In this document: positions 46,727-56,334 of the stretch, piece by piece
Position numbering within the stretch: position 1 is the first letter of the stretch
Layout: each line of letters starts with the position of its first letter
Virus record (IMG/VR): IMGVR_UViG_3300037504_000682
Location: 35,176-99,175 of that record
Length of the DNA: 64,000 bases
Reading direction: 5' to 3' (one strand)
Source: a virus
Translations under genes and position numbers: made by a program
Notes under the pieces: generated by a model
Told to the model about the DNA's origin: nothing
The model's input: the letters and a program-made list of their open reading frames with translations, nothing else
Database searches by the model: none

Positions 46727-47662
46727 TTGACTTTGAAACAGACGTTTGAAGTTATGCTCTGCCGCTTTCCCGGCGGCAACTCAGAGCACCCGGCCGAGGT
46801 GGACTGGGTGCTCAATACCACCCTGGCCTGCCACGCGGACCCTCGTGTGAGCAGGCTGCACCACTGGCACCTGAACGATACGCCGGTGACTATGAGCCGG
46901 AACCGGGCCATTCTGACGGCCATCCAGCAGGGAATCGACATCGTGTTGATGGTCGATTCCGATATGGGGCCGGACCAGATCGACCCGTCCAAAGCCTTCT
47001 GGCAGCGGGCCCTGGACTTTATGGCCCGGCGCTGGCATGAGGCTCCGACCATCATCGCCGCGCCCTACTGCGGCCCGCCGCCGGTTGAGAACATCTACAT
47101 CTTCCGCTGGCGCAACTACCAGAGCGACCACCCCAACCCCGACTACAAGCTGGCCCAGTTCACCCGGGAGGAAGCGGCCGAACGGACCGGCATCGAGCCG
47201 GTGGCGGCCCTGCCGACCGGGGTCATTGCCATTGATATGCGGATTTTCACCGGCTTTGAGGTTGGTGGCGAGGCAGTCAAACTGCCGCCGCCGTGGTTTT
47301 ACTACGAGTGGACCGACGAGTACGCAACCGAGAAGGCCTCGACCGAGGACGTGACCTTCACCCGGGACGTGTCGATCCTGTTCAACGCCCACGGCTTAGA
47401 CGCCGTCTTTGTCGACTGGGACACCTGGGCTGTGCATTTCAAGCAGAAGGGGGTCGGCAAGCCGGCGGTCCTGAAGCCCCACAAGCTGGCCCGGCTGTTC
47501 AAGGAGCGGTCGGCGGATATGTCGCACCAAAACGGAAATCAGCCTGACCGGAGCGAGTGGGTCAAAGGGGTAATAGAGGAGGTTGAATTAGCGACCTCTG
47601 ATTTTGTCACCGAACTCGCTGAAGGAGAAGCAGATGAAGACCGTCAAGGTCAACCTCAGTAG
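46727..47662 (+). CDS. GT-A glycosyltransferase-like protein
   Basis: SRN, VLMVDSDM (DxD), PTG, TEDV.F. Confidence 0.65.
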   Translation: MTLKQTFEVMLCRFPGGNSEHPAEVDWVLNTTLACHADPRVSRLHHWHLNDTPVTMSRNRAILTAIQQGIDIVLMVDSDMGPDQIDPSKAFWQRALDFMARRWHEAPTIIAAPYCGPPPVENIYIFRWRNYQSDHPNPDYKLAQFTREEAAERTGIEPVAALPTGVIAIDMRIFTGFEVGGEAVKLPPPWFYYEWTDEYATEKASTEDVTFTRDVSILFNAHGLDAVFVDWDTWAVHFKQKGVGKPAVLKPHKLARLFKERSADMSHQNGNQPDRSEWVKGVIEEVELATSDFVTELAEGEADEDRQGQPQ

Positions 47663-47951
47663 CAGCTACGGCTACCGTGACCCTGTGACCGGCCAGCGTA
47701 AATATTACGGGCCTGGTAAAGGAATCGAGGTGCCGGCCGGCCTGGCCAACACGCTGGGGCTGGAAGTGATCGGGGAAGAGGAAGCCGACACCGGCACCGA
47801 ACTCCACGAAGACTTTCCCGGCTGGCTCCAGCTGGTAGAGGCCGGCTACTACACCATCGAGGCCGTCCGGGAGATCGACGACCTGACCGCCATCGACGGC
47901 ATTGGGCCGGCCACGGCCACCAAGATCAAGGAGGCGCTGAGTGACTTCTAA
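47634..47951 (+). CDS. Small protein with helix-hairpin-helix motif
   Basis: LTAIDGIGPATATKI. Confidence 0.7.
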   Translation: MKTVKVNLSSSYGYRDPVTGQRKYYGPGKGIEVPAGLANTLGLEVIGEEEADTGTELHEDFPGWLQLVEAGYYTIEAVREIDDLTAIDGIGPATATKIKEALSDF

Positions 47952-48384
47952 CCGAACCTCTATTTACAAACGCACGTTCCCTATTCTCCTGGCCCTGATC
48001 CTCTCTATCACCCTGGCCGCCCCGGCCCTGGCCCAGGAGGGCGGGGTCTCCCCACCGGAGACAGCCACCGAGCTGGTGGCCATGGTGCTCGCGGCCGTAG
48101 GCGCTATCCTGGCCGGCGGGACGCTGGGCAACCTCTTTACCGACCGGCTGAAGGCGATCAAGCTGCCATTCCTGAGTAGCCCTGAACGGGCCCGGCTGGG
48201 CGGCCTGATGGCCGAGATCGCGGCCCTGGTCGTTTCGGCCGGCCTGGCCTGGGTGGGGGTAACTTACCTCACGCCCCTGGCCAGCTACCTGGATGAGAGC
48301 GGTATCTGGGCCATTGTTCTGGCCGCCTGGCCGGTGGCCCGTTACTGGTTTGTGGCCCGTAAGCGGGCCGGAGTGAGCCAGTGA
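47941..48384 (+). CDS. Membrane protein, holin candidate
   Basis: 3-4 TM segments, basic C-terminus. Confidence 0.5.
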   Translation: MTSNRTSIYKRTFPILLALILSITLAAPALAQEGGVSPPETATELVAMVLAAVGAILAGGTLGNLFTDRLKAIKLPFLSSPERARLGGLMAEIAALVVSAGLAWVGVTYLTPLASYLDESGIWAIVLAAWPVARYWFVARKRAGVSQ

Positions 48385-48773
48385 CCCTCCAGGCCGTTCA
48401 ACTGATCGCCCCGGCCGGCAAGCTCCAGGAGGATTTATTCCCCGAGGGCGTGCTGGTCGGTCACATCGAGACCTGGCTGAACACGGCCTACACCAAGACC
48501 GGCGACCTGACCGGCGCAGCCCGGGACGCGGCCGCCGAGCACTACGTCTACTACCTGGCCTACAGCCACGTGGCCGACCGGCTGGCCGGCGAGCCCAACG
48601 AAGCGACGGTCGATTCCGCCGGCCGGGTCTCGCGGACCATTGACAGAGACCGGATCGCGCACTTCAAGCGGCTGGCCGATGACCACCTGGAGCAGTTCAA
48701 GGCCAATTTCGCCGACGCGCCCGCCGGCGATACGCCCCGCTCCAGCTACGTCCAGACGAAGGTGATCTTCTGA
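48381..48773 (+). CDS. Head-tail adaptor (putative)
   Basis: Size and position. Confidence 0.5.
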   Translation: MTLQAVQLIAPAGKLQEDLFPEGVLVGHIETWLNTAYTKTGDLTGAARDAAAEHYVYYLAYSHVADRLAGEPNEATVDSAGRVSRTIDRDRIAHFKRLADDHLEQFKANFADAPAGDTPRSSYVQTKVIF

Positions 48774-49168
48774 TGCTCTCTAACACCACTATCGCCGGGA
48801 TGCGCCGCTTGCAGCAGCAGGCCCTGATGGACGAGTGCGAGCTGCTCCAGTACCAGGCCGGCGGCAAAAGTCGCTACAACGTGCCGGCCGAGGCCTGGGC
48901 CACCCCCGTCACCGTGCCCTGCATCTTTAGGCCCAACCGGGCCGATGAGGTGATGGGCGAGACGGAGGTGCCCCGGCTGGACGGCTCCCTGGGCCTGGCG
49001 GTCGACGTAGAGAGCGATTACGACGTGGCGCTCTCCAACCTGGGCCGGATCCGGCTGACGAAACTGCACGGCGAGGCTATCAGCCCGCAGCTGTACGACA
49101 TCGCCGGCGAAATCAAGCGGGACAGCGTGATGATCGTTGTTCCATTAAAGCGAGTGACCGATGAATAA
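48773..49168 (+). CDS. Head closure protein (putative)
   Basis: Size, position, beta-rich. Confidence 0.5.
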   Translation: MLSNTTIAGMRRLQQQALMDECELLQYQAGGKSRYNVPAEAWATPVTVPCIFRPNRADEVMGETEVPRLDGSLGLAVDVESDYDVALSNLGRIRLTKLHGEAISPQLYDIAGEIKRDSVMIVVPLKRVTDE

Positions 49169-49424
49169 GAGCTGGAGTGCAATCATCAAATCGTGTAAGG
49201 CCCTGGCCGAGATGACCGGGGTCGAGCTGCCGCATGTCCTGGCCGAAGAAGCGGCCGACGGGCCGGCCGACCGGACCCGGGCCGACCAGTGGATGCGCAA
49301 TGGCGTGCTGCTGGAAGCTCTGAGCTACTTCCTGCCCGAGGTCAGCCGGGCAGTGGATAAGCCGCCCACGCCCAAGACGGAGGGCTCCAAGACTGAAGCC
49401 CCCAAGAAGTCGAGCCGGAAATGA
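49161..49424 (+). CDS. Hypothetical protein
   Basis: Coupled ORF. Confidence 0.55.
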   Translation: MNKSWSAIIKSCKALAEMTGVELPHVLAEEAADGPADRTRADQWMRNGVLLEALSYFLPEVSRAVDKPPTPKTEGSKTEAPKKSSRK

Positions 49425-49834
49425 CCGTCAACTGGTACAAACAAAAGGCCGGCGCAAAGGTCGATGAGGCCACCGAGAGACTGGCCGAAGCCCTGGCCTT
49501 CCGGATCGAGGAACGGGCCAAGATCAACATCTCCGAAGCTCCGGGAGCAAGCGGGCAGGGGCTGATCGACACCGGCTTTATGATCAACTCGACCTATGTG
49601 GTTCTGCCGGATGACAGCACCTACGTCGACGACACCGGCTACCAGGTCAACCAGGCCGGCCAGCAAGTCTGGCGGCAAATGGCCCCGGAGGCCGAGTTGG
49701 AGGGGGCCCTGGCCGCCGTGGCTGTGGGCGCTGAGTATGCCATCTACCAGGAGATGATCCACCACTTCCTGTACCAGGCGGCCGAGGACGCGGCCAGTGA
49801 GGCCGGGGCCGACCTGGAGATAGGTGAATTATGA
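49421..49834 (+). CDS. HK97 gp10-like neck protein
   Basis: IDTG..INS...AEYAIYQE...FLYQA. Confidence 0.7.
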   Translation: MTVNWYKQKAGAKVDEATERLAEALAFRIEERAKINISEAPGASGQGLIDTGFMINSTYVVLPDDSTYVDDTGYQVNQAGQQVWRQMAPEAELEGALAAVAVGAEYAIYQEMIHHFLYQAAEDAASEAGADLEIGEL

Positions 49835-50217
49835 TCGACCCGTCGGCTGAGGTTCTGGAATTTTTAACCGGCCAGCCGGCGATGGTAGTGCTGACCGGCG
49901 ACCGGATGTATGCCGACACCGACCTGCCCAGGGGTTACAAGCCGGCTGACGGCCAGGCCCTGCTCCTGGCCACCCGGGGCGGCCGGCCGGATTACAGCAG
50001 CCTGGTCCTGTACCCGTCGTTTCAATTCCGCAGCTACGGGCCGGACTTTGAGGCCTGCTGGGAGTTGGACCAGACGCTTTTTGACGTACTCAACGACAAA
50101 GGAAACTGCAAGATCAAGTTCGCCCGGCTGGAGGCCATCGGGCGACCGCTTAGAGAACCGGACACAGGGTGGCCGTTCGTTCTGACCTATTATCAAATCG
50201 CAATGAACAGCAGCTAG
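49831..50217 (+). CDS. Tail terminator (DUF3168-like)
   Basis: Position and size. Confidence 0.6.
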   Translation: MIDPSAEVLEFLTGQPAMVVLTGDRMYADTDLPRGYKPADGQALLLATRGGRPDYSSLVLYPSFQFRSYGPDFEACWELDQTLFDVLNDKGNCKIKFARLEAIGRPLREPDTGWPFVLTYYQIAMNSS

Positions 50218-50229
50218 GAGGAACAAACA

Positions 50230-50565
50230 ATGGCACGAACAGCCCTGACCGTTCAAAAGATCGAGCCGGCCGGCCTTCAGCCCGCCTTCGTGGCCGCCAA
50301 CACCGACGGGGTGTCGGTGGAAAACAACGGCTACACCTACATCGAGCTGATCAACAACCACACCGAGGCTCACACGGCCACCATCGACCACCCGGGCACT
50401 ATCGACGGCCTGGCCGTCGCCAACCGGACGGTGGAGGTGCCGGCCAGTGAGACCCGCAAGATCGGGCCCTTCACCGCCCGGTACAACCAGGCCGGCACCA
50501 CCTACATTCACGTCGACTTCTCAAACGTAACCAGCCTGAGCGCGGCCGCGTTCAAGCTGGAATAG
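50230..50565 (+). CDS. Small virion structural protein
   Basis: Beta-rich, strong RBS. Confidence 0.6.
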   Translation: MARTALTVQKIEPAGLQPAFVAANTDGVSVENNGYTYIELINNHTEAHTATIDHPGTIDGLAVANRTVEVPASETRKIGPFTARYNQAGTTYIHVDFSNVTSLSAAAFKLE

Positions 50566-50574
50566 GAGGCCAAT

Positions 50575-51162
50575 ATGCCAGCCGCAGATGTTCTGATTAC
50601 GCCAGTCACTATCTGGCGCTCATCGGTCGGCGTGGCCCGGCCGTATGAAGACGTTGCCTACGGGGCTAACTGGGCCGGATGGGCCAAGCTGGGATTGACC
50701 AGCGCCGCCCTGACCGTCAACCTGGAGCGGACCAAAACTGACAAGATCGTCCAACAAGCCCTGGGCAAGATCGGCTCAGTCATTACCAATGAGGTCTTGA
50801 CCATCTCCACTACCCTGGCCGAAATGACGATGGACAACCTGGCCCTCTCCTGGCCCGGGATCGTCTCCAAAGAGCCGGCCGCCGCCGGCCAGGCCGCCTA
50901 CGAGCGGCTCCAGGGAGGCGGCAAAATCTGCCTCAACACCCTGCAATGGGGATTTGAGGGGCTATACCAGGACGAAGAGTGCGCCGTCCAGCTGCCGCTC
51001 AGGTTCTTCTGTATCGGGGAAGCTGAGATGGGGGGCGAGATTGCTTTCGACAAGGAGAACCAGACCGGCATCCCGTTTCAAGTCAGCGCCTCATACGAGC
51101 TGGAGCAGCCGCCCGGCAAGCAGCTTTACGAGTGGTTTAAAGTGACCGCGCCGGCGCTCTAA
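50575..51162 (+). CDS. Major tail tube protein
   Basis: W..LG.T...TTLAE.T..NL; followed by terminator and chaperones. Confidence 0.7.
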   Translation: MPAADVLITPVTIWRSSVGVARPYEDVAYGANWAGWAKLGLTSAALTVNLERTKTDKIVQQALGKIGSVITNEVLTISTTLAEMTMDNLALSWPGIVSKEPAAAGQAAYERLQGGGKICLNTLQWGFEGLYQDEECAVQLPLRFFCIGEAEMGGEIAFDKENQTGIPFQVSASYELEQPPGKQLYEWFKVTAPAL

Positions 51163-51186
51163 TTCCAAACGCCCGTTCATAAACCC

Positions 51187-51220
51187 AGGCCGGTGGCCAT
51201 CTCTGGCCCCGGCCTTTTTT
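51187..51220 (+). terminator. Intrinsic terminator
   Basis: AGGCCGG...CCGGCCT + T run. Confidence 0.75.
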
Positions 51221-51251
51221 CTAGACAAACTTTTTCTCAAGGAGGAAAAAC

Positions 51252-51734
51252 GTGGAGCAACATCTTATCGAGGTCGACCTGCTAATTTTTCAGCTGGGAG
51301 ACAAGGTCTACAAAATCCCGGCCGCTGGCCTGGAGCGGGCCGAAACCTGGCGGTTCGAGTTTGAGGCCCAGGTGACGGCCATCCTGGACCTGCTCAATGA
51401 GCAGGGCGAGGCCCTGGGCGGTATCGACCTGGAGAACCTGGGCAAGCTGGCCGACGTGGACGTAATGAAGCTGGTGCCGGTAGTGATCCAGGTCTTTCGC
51501 CGGCTCAATATCTCCCTGAACCAGATCGGCGAGCTGGTCATCCTCTACAGCGAGGAGCTATCGGCCGACGCCGAAACGATCCGCCAGCACGCCACCACCA
51601 AGCAAACCATTTACGCCCTCAAGGAGATGATCCTCGTCGAGTACCCTTTCGGGATGATGGGGAATTTGATCAACGACAATGGCCAGGCGGCCGACACGAT
51701 CTCGAAGAACTCGCCCTCGCCCAGTGGGGCATAA
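51252..51734 (+). CDS. Tail assembly chaperone (gpG-like)
   Basis: Between tube and tape measure; contains slippery site. Confidence 0.7.
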   Translation: MEQHLIEVDLLIFQLGDKVYKIPAAGLERAETWRFEFEAQVTAILDLLNEQGEALGGIDLENLGKLADVDVMKLVPVVIQVFRRLNISLNQIGELVILYSEELSADAETIRQHATTKQTIYALKEMILVEYPFGMMGNLINDNGQAADTISKNSPSPSGA

Positions 51735-51964
51735 CCCCGGCCGAGGTGGCCCGGATGGACCGGATCACGCTGCACCGTCTCACGGCCGCCTATATCCGCC
51801 GGCAGAGCTTTGAGGCCGACGTGATCGCGGCCCGGGTGGGCCGGATGCTCTTTGGCGAGGTGACAGGCGGGAAGGTGAGCAACCAGCCGGCGGTCCGGAA
51901 GCCGGCGGCCACAAACAAGATCGACGGAGGCGAGATGCTTGAAATGATGGGAGTGAGCCTGTGA
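51644..51964 (+). other. -1 frameshift site C CCT TTC and gpT-like extension
   Basis: In-frame X XXY YYZ heptamer at 51644-51650; -1 frame open through 51964. Confidence 0.75.
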
Positions 51965-52620
51965 ACGGTGTAAAAATCGGGATGGAGCTGGGGAGCTACC
52001 TGAGCCAGATGGATCCGGCCCAAATACCGGGGCTGGAGCTTACGCTCACCATCCAGCCGCCTATCCCGGCCGAATTCCCCGAGTGCCTGCCCCGGCAGCA
52101 TCTGCCGGGCTACCTGCACCTGATCGGGGCCCGGGTCGGGGTTGAGGTGGGGGTGCAGCGGGGCGAATTCTCCGAGCACCTCCTGGAGCACTGGGGCGGC
52201 AAGCTCTTTATGGTCGACGCCTGGCGCTACCAGCCGGCCGGCTACCGGGACGCAGCCAACGTCTCAGACGCCGAGCATCAGGCCAACTACCTGGAAGCCA
52301 AAGCTGTAGAAAGAAAGTTCGCCAACCGGGCGGTCATCATGCGCGGCCTATCGGTTGAGATGAGCCGCCGCTTTGCTGATGAAGCGCTCGACTTCGTCTA
52401 CCTGGACGCCAATCACTCCTGCGAGGCCGTCACCGCCGACCTTGAGGCCTGGTTCCCCAAGGTCCGGCCGGGCGGTTTGATTGCCGGCCACGACTTCATT
52501 GACGCCGACAACGAGTACGGCAGTTTCCGGGTTCGGTCGGCCGTCCTGAACTTTGCCCCCACCCGGCCGGTCTTCGTCAGCCGGGAGCACTGGCCCAGCC
52601 TGTGGTTTTTTAAGAAGTAG
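51961..52620 (+). CDS. Class I SAM methyltransferase (Methyltransf_24-like)
   Basis: GVEVGV..G, VDAW, DFVYLDANH, PGGLIAGHD. Confidence 0.85.
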   Translation: MNGVKIGMELGSYLSQMDPAQIPGLELTLTIQPPIPAEFPECLPRQHLPGYLHLIGARVGVEVGVQRGEFSEHLLEHWGGKLFMVDAWRYQPAGYRDAANVSDAEHQANYLEAKAVERKFANRAVIMRGLSVEMSRRFADEALDFVYLDANHSCEAVTADLEAWFPKVRPGGLIAGHDFIDADNEYGSFRVRSAVLNFAPTRPVFVSREHWPSLWFFKK

Positions 52621-52627
52621 GTGACCT

Positions 52628-55609
52628 GTGGCCATCACACTCGGTGACGTTATTGTCAAAATCCGGGGCGACCGCTCCGGCCTGGACCGGACCTTCGACC
52701 AGGCCGAACGCCGCTCCCGGGGGTTTGCCTCTTCCATCGCCGGATTCCTCCAAAATAGCCTCTCTTTTGCTGTCGGCGGCCTGATCGAGCGGGGTCTCCA
52801 GTCGATCACCGCCGGCATTGCCGGCCTGGGCCGGACCGCTTTCGGGGCGGTTCAGAGCAATGAACGGCTCCAGCTCTCCCTGGAGTCCCTGGTGGCCAGC
52901 CAGCTTAAGGCCTCATCGACCACCCTGTCGATGAACGACGCCCTGGCCGCCGCCTCGCCCATCGCCGAAGAACTTTATAGCTGGGTGCAGCGCCTGGCCG
53001 CCAAAAGCCCCTTTGACGAGGAGGGAGCGGCGGCCGCCCTTCAGACCGCCCTATCCTACCGCTTTACAACCGAACGCTCAAAGGAATTAGTGCAAGCCCT
53101 GGTCGACCAGGCGGCCGCCGCCGGCAAGTCGACCGAAGCCGTAGAGCGGGCCACCGTCGCCCTCGGCCAGATGAATGTCAAGGGCAAGGTCTCGGCCGAG
53201 GAGCTGAACCAGTTAAGGGAGGCCGGGGTGGACGCCAACCGGGCCCTGGAGGTAATGGGGGTCACCCTTGACGACGTGGCCCAGGGCAACGTCAGGGCTG
53301 ATGAGTTTGTAAGCGCCCTGCTGACCACCCTGGAGGACGTGGAGGGAGCCGCCGAACGGCAGGCCACCAGCTGGGCCGGCCTGACCACCACCATATCGGC
53401 CCTGACCCGGACGGGGCTGCGGACCTTCTTTGAAGGCATCTTAAAGCCCCTGCAACCCCTCACCGTCAAGCTGGTCGACCTCCTGAGCAACCAGGATATG
53501 CTCAACGGGGCCAAAGAGCTGGGGCAGGCCATTGGCGACATTCTGGCCCCGGCCGTCGAATGGCTGGGCAACCAGTTGGAGCGCCTGCCGGACCTGTTCC
53601 GGTCGGCCTCGGGCTTCATCCGCCAGCTTCGGGACGAGCTATCGGGCATAAGCGCGGCCGAGCTCCTGGGCCAGATCGGGCCGGGGTTGGAGAAGATTCA
53701 GGAGAATATGCGGACCACGCTTGACGCCCTGGCCCAGAGCCACCAGGGCGCTCTGGCCAAGATGGAGCAGCAGATCGACGAGGCCGGCGACCGGATGGGC
53801 GAGGAGATGGTCAAGATCGCCGAGAAGTACGGGCCGAAAATCCTGGAGGTCGAAAAGCGCATCCGCCGGCAGCAGGAGGACTTCGACGAGGCGCTGGTCG
53901 AGCAGCGGGAGCGGGCGGCCAAAAAGCGGGGCGACATCCAGGAACGGATCGTAAAAACCAGCGAGGCCCTGGAGGAGCGACTAACCGAGATAAAGGCCGA
54001 CCACCAGCGCAAGCGGCAGCAGCTGGCCACCTCGCTCCTTACGGCTGAGTCTGAAGAGCAATACCTGCAAATCCAGGCCCAGATCGACGCCGAGGACGAC
54101 AAGTTCGAGAAGCAGAAGTCCAAGGCCAAAGAGGCCGGCAAGGACCAACTGAAGGAGCTGAAGGCCCGGCTGAAGGAGGAGGAGAAGGAGGCCGAGAAGG
54201 CCGAAGCCAAGCTGGTAAAACGCCGGGAGCGGGCCCTGGGCGACCTGATGGAGCAGCTAAACGAAATCCGGGCCGAACGGCGCAAAGAGGAGTCCGCGGT
54301 CAAAGAGACCTACGCCAATGAGGTCCAGGCGCTCAAGGACAAGATCGAGCAGGAGAAGGAGCTCTACCAGCAGCGGGTCGACGAGCTGACCACGATGTTC
54401 GAGGAGCAGGCCCGCGCCTTTGAAGAGGAGACCCGGGCCCGGGCTGCGGCCCTGGGGACCGGCCTGGCGGCCGAGGTGGCCGGCTGGGTACAGACGGGGC
54501 TTGACGCCTTCGAGGAACTTAAAACGACCGTTGGCCAGTTCCTGACCGACTATGCCGAACCGCTGACCGGGGCCCTGATCGGAATCGGGGCCGTACTCGT
54601 AGGCGGCGGGGTGATTGCGGCCGTGGGAGCCCTGGCCGGGGCCCTGGCCGGCATATCGCTGCCGATTGTGGCTATCATCGCCGCCACGGCGCTCCTGTAC
54701 ACCGCCTGGGTCCAGAACTGGGGCGGGATTCAAGAAAAGACGGCCGAGGTCTTAGCCTGGCTGGAATCGACAACCCAGAGCACCCTGGCCAGCGCCACGG
54801 CCTGGTGGGAGGAACACGGCGGCGCTGTCCGGACTATCATCGGCTGGGTGGCCGCCATCGTTATGGTGAAGCTGGAGGAGATCAAAGCCTGGTGGCAAGC
54901 TCACGGCGACGCGGTCCTGGCCCTGCTGGCTCTGATGTGGGATAACATCAAGATTTCCTTCGAGGGGGCCCTGGCTATCCTGACCGAGCTGATCGAGGCT
55001 TTTGCCGCCCTGATCGAGGGGGACTGGGGCCGCTTTCTTGAGCACATCGGCAACGCCTGGGAGGCCGGTTGGAACACCGTCACCCGGATTTTTGAGAATA
55101 ACGTCGAGGCCTGGAAGATTATGGCCGGGGAGATGGTGGAGAACATCGTGAGCACCTTCACCGACAAGGACTGGGGCGAGATTGGCAGCAATATCATCGG
55201 CGGGATCATCGAGGGGTTAAAAAGTAAGGCGAGCGACCTGGCTGACGCCGCCAGCGAAGCCGGCAGCGACCTGCTTGGTTCTATGCAGGATTTCTTCGGG
55301 ATCGATTCCCCCTCCAAGCTCTTCAAGGAAAAAATCGGCAAGCAAATCTCGGCCGGGATCGGCGAGGGGGTCCTGGCCGGCGTCGGCGAGATCAAGGGCT
55401 CTCTGGCCCAGGCGATGGCCGGCCTGACCCCCGGCCTCGGCCAGCCGGCCCTGGCTGCCGCCGGTGGGCCCCGGACGATCCAGTTCAGCCAGACCAACAA
55501 CCTGCCCCAGGCCCCGGCCGGCTTCGACCGGGAAGGGATGATGGATGAGATCAACCAGAACACCCTGGGGCTGATTATGAAGGTTTTTGAGGATGAAGAG
55601 GAGGAGTAG
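52628..55609 (+). CDS. Tape measure protein
   Basis: 993 aa; ALGQM..KGKV.AEELNQL, long coiled coil, Trp-spaced repeats, GIDSPSK. Confidence 0.92.
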   Translation: MAITLGDVIVKIRGDRSGLDRTFDQAERRSRGFASSIAGFLQNSLSFAVGGLIERGLQSITAGIAGLGRTAFGAVQSNERLQLSLESLVASQLKASSTTLSMNDALAAASPIAEELYSWVQRLAAKSPFDEEGAAAALQTALSYRFTTERSKELVQALVDQAAAAGKSTEAVERATVALGQMNVKGKVSAEELNQLREAGVDANRALEVMGVTLDDVAQGNVRADEFVSALLTTLEDVEGAAERQATSWAGLTTTISALTRTGLRTFFEGILKPLQPLTVKLVDLLSNQDMLNGAKELGQAIGDILAPAVEWLGNQLERLPDLFRSASGFIRQLRDELSGISAAELLGQIGPGLEKIQENMRTTLDALAQSHQGALAKMEQQIDEAGDRMGEEMVKIAEKYGPKILEVEKRIRRQQEDFDEALVEQRERAAKKRGDIQERIVKTSEALEERLTEIKADHQRKRQQLATSLLTAESEEQYLQIQAQIDAEDDKFEKQKSKAKEAGKDQLKELKARLKEEEKEAEKAEAKLVKRRERALGDLMEQLNEIRAERRKEESAVKETYANEVQALKDKIEQEKELYQQRVDELTTMFEEQARAFEEETRARAAALGTGLAAEVAGWVQTGLDAFEELKTTVGQFLTDYAEPLTGALIGIGAVLVGGGVIAAVGALAGALAGISLPIVAIIAATALLYTAWVQNWGGIQEKTAEVLAWLESTTQSTLASATAWWEEHGGAVRTIIGWVAAIVMVKLEEIKAWWQAHGDAVLALLALMWDNIKISFEGALAILTELIEAFAALIEGDWGRFLEHIGNAWEAGWNTVTRIFENNVEAWKIMAGEMVENIVSTFTDKDWGEIGSNIIGGIIEGLKSKASDLADAASEAGSDLLGSMQDFFGIDSPSKLFKEKIGKQISAGIGEGVLAGVGEIKGSLAQAMAGLTPGLGQPALAAAGGPRTIQFSQTNNLPQAPAGFDREGMMDEINQNTLGLIMKVFEDEEEE

Positions 55610-55919
55610 GGTGGAATATAGCGTTATTATCTCAGCAGACGACCCAAAAGCCATTAAATTTATAGACCCAGAAACCGGCCAGGCGGTCGATCCGGAGACC
55701 GTGCTGGAGCTATTGGCCTCGGATAAGTGGGAGATGGAAGCCAGGGAAGAACAAGCGGAGAAATCACCCCAGAAGACCGTCAGGGCCTGGAGGGTCACCC
55801 GCAAAAAGCCAAGCCTACCAGCCCACATTCACCTCCGGTCGCCAGAACCTGAGCCTGTGATTATTAACGCTATCGGCCTTGAGTGCCCTATGATGGAGCG
55901 CGGCATATTCAAACGGTGA
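55587..55919 (+). CDS. Hypothetical protein (start uncertain)
   Basis: ORF after tape measure. Confidence 0.45.
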   Translation: MRMKRRSRVEYSVIISADDPKAIKFIDPETGQAVDPETVLELLASDKWEMEAREEQAEKSPQKTVRAWRVTRKKPSLPAHIHLRSPEPEPVIINAIGLECPMMERGIFKR

Positions 55920-55923
55920 CCCT

Positions 55924-56334
55924 ATGACCATCTCTCAGCACGCCCTGGGGGTGACCTACCCCCCGACCAACATCGAGCTCTTTGACCCGCCCCTGCCGGC
56001 GGTGATGCGCTGCACGCCGGAACTATGGTCTGTGATCACCGGCAAGTTGGACGGAAACGAAGCCGGGCACGGCTTCCCTTACACCGTCTGGCTTTTTCAG
56101 TTCCTGGTACAGCTGGAGGTCAACGCGCTGAAATCCATCTGCACCGTGGGCGGGGTGCTCCAGAAAAGCCGGGCCGTTTACATCCGGACCAGAACCCCCG
56201 AGGACCATGACCAGTTCGCCGACTACCAGGCCATTATGCACTGGCCGCAGGTGCTGCCCGACACGCGCCGGCCGGGCGGCACCTATCACAACGTCGAATT
56301 TAGATTCAGCCGGCTCATTCCCTACGTGCCATAA
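55924..56334 (+). CDS. Distal tail-like protein
   Basis: Position. Confidence 0.5.
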   Translation: MTISQHALGVTYPPTNIELFDPPLPAVMRCTPELWSVITGKLDGNEAGHGFPYTVWLFQFLVQLEVNALKSICTVGGVLQKSRAVYIRTRTPEDHDQFADYQAIMHWPQVLPDTRRPGGTYHNVEFRFSRLIPYVP

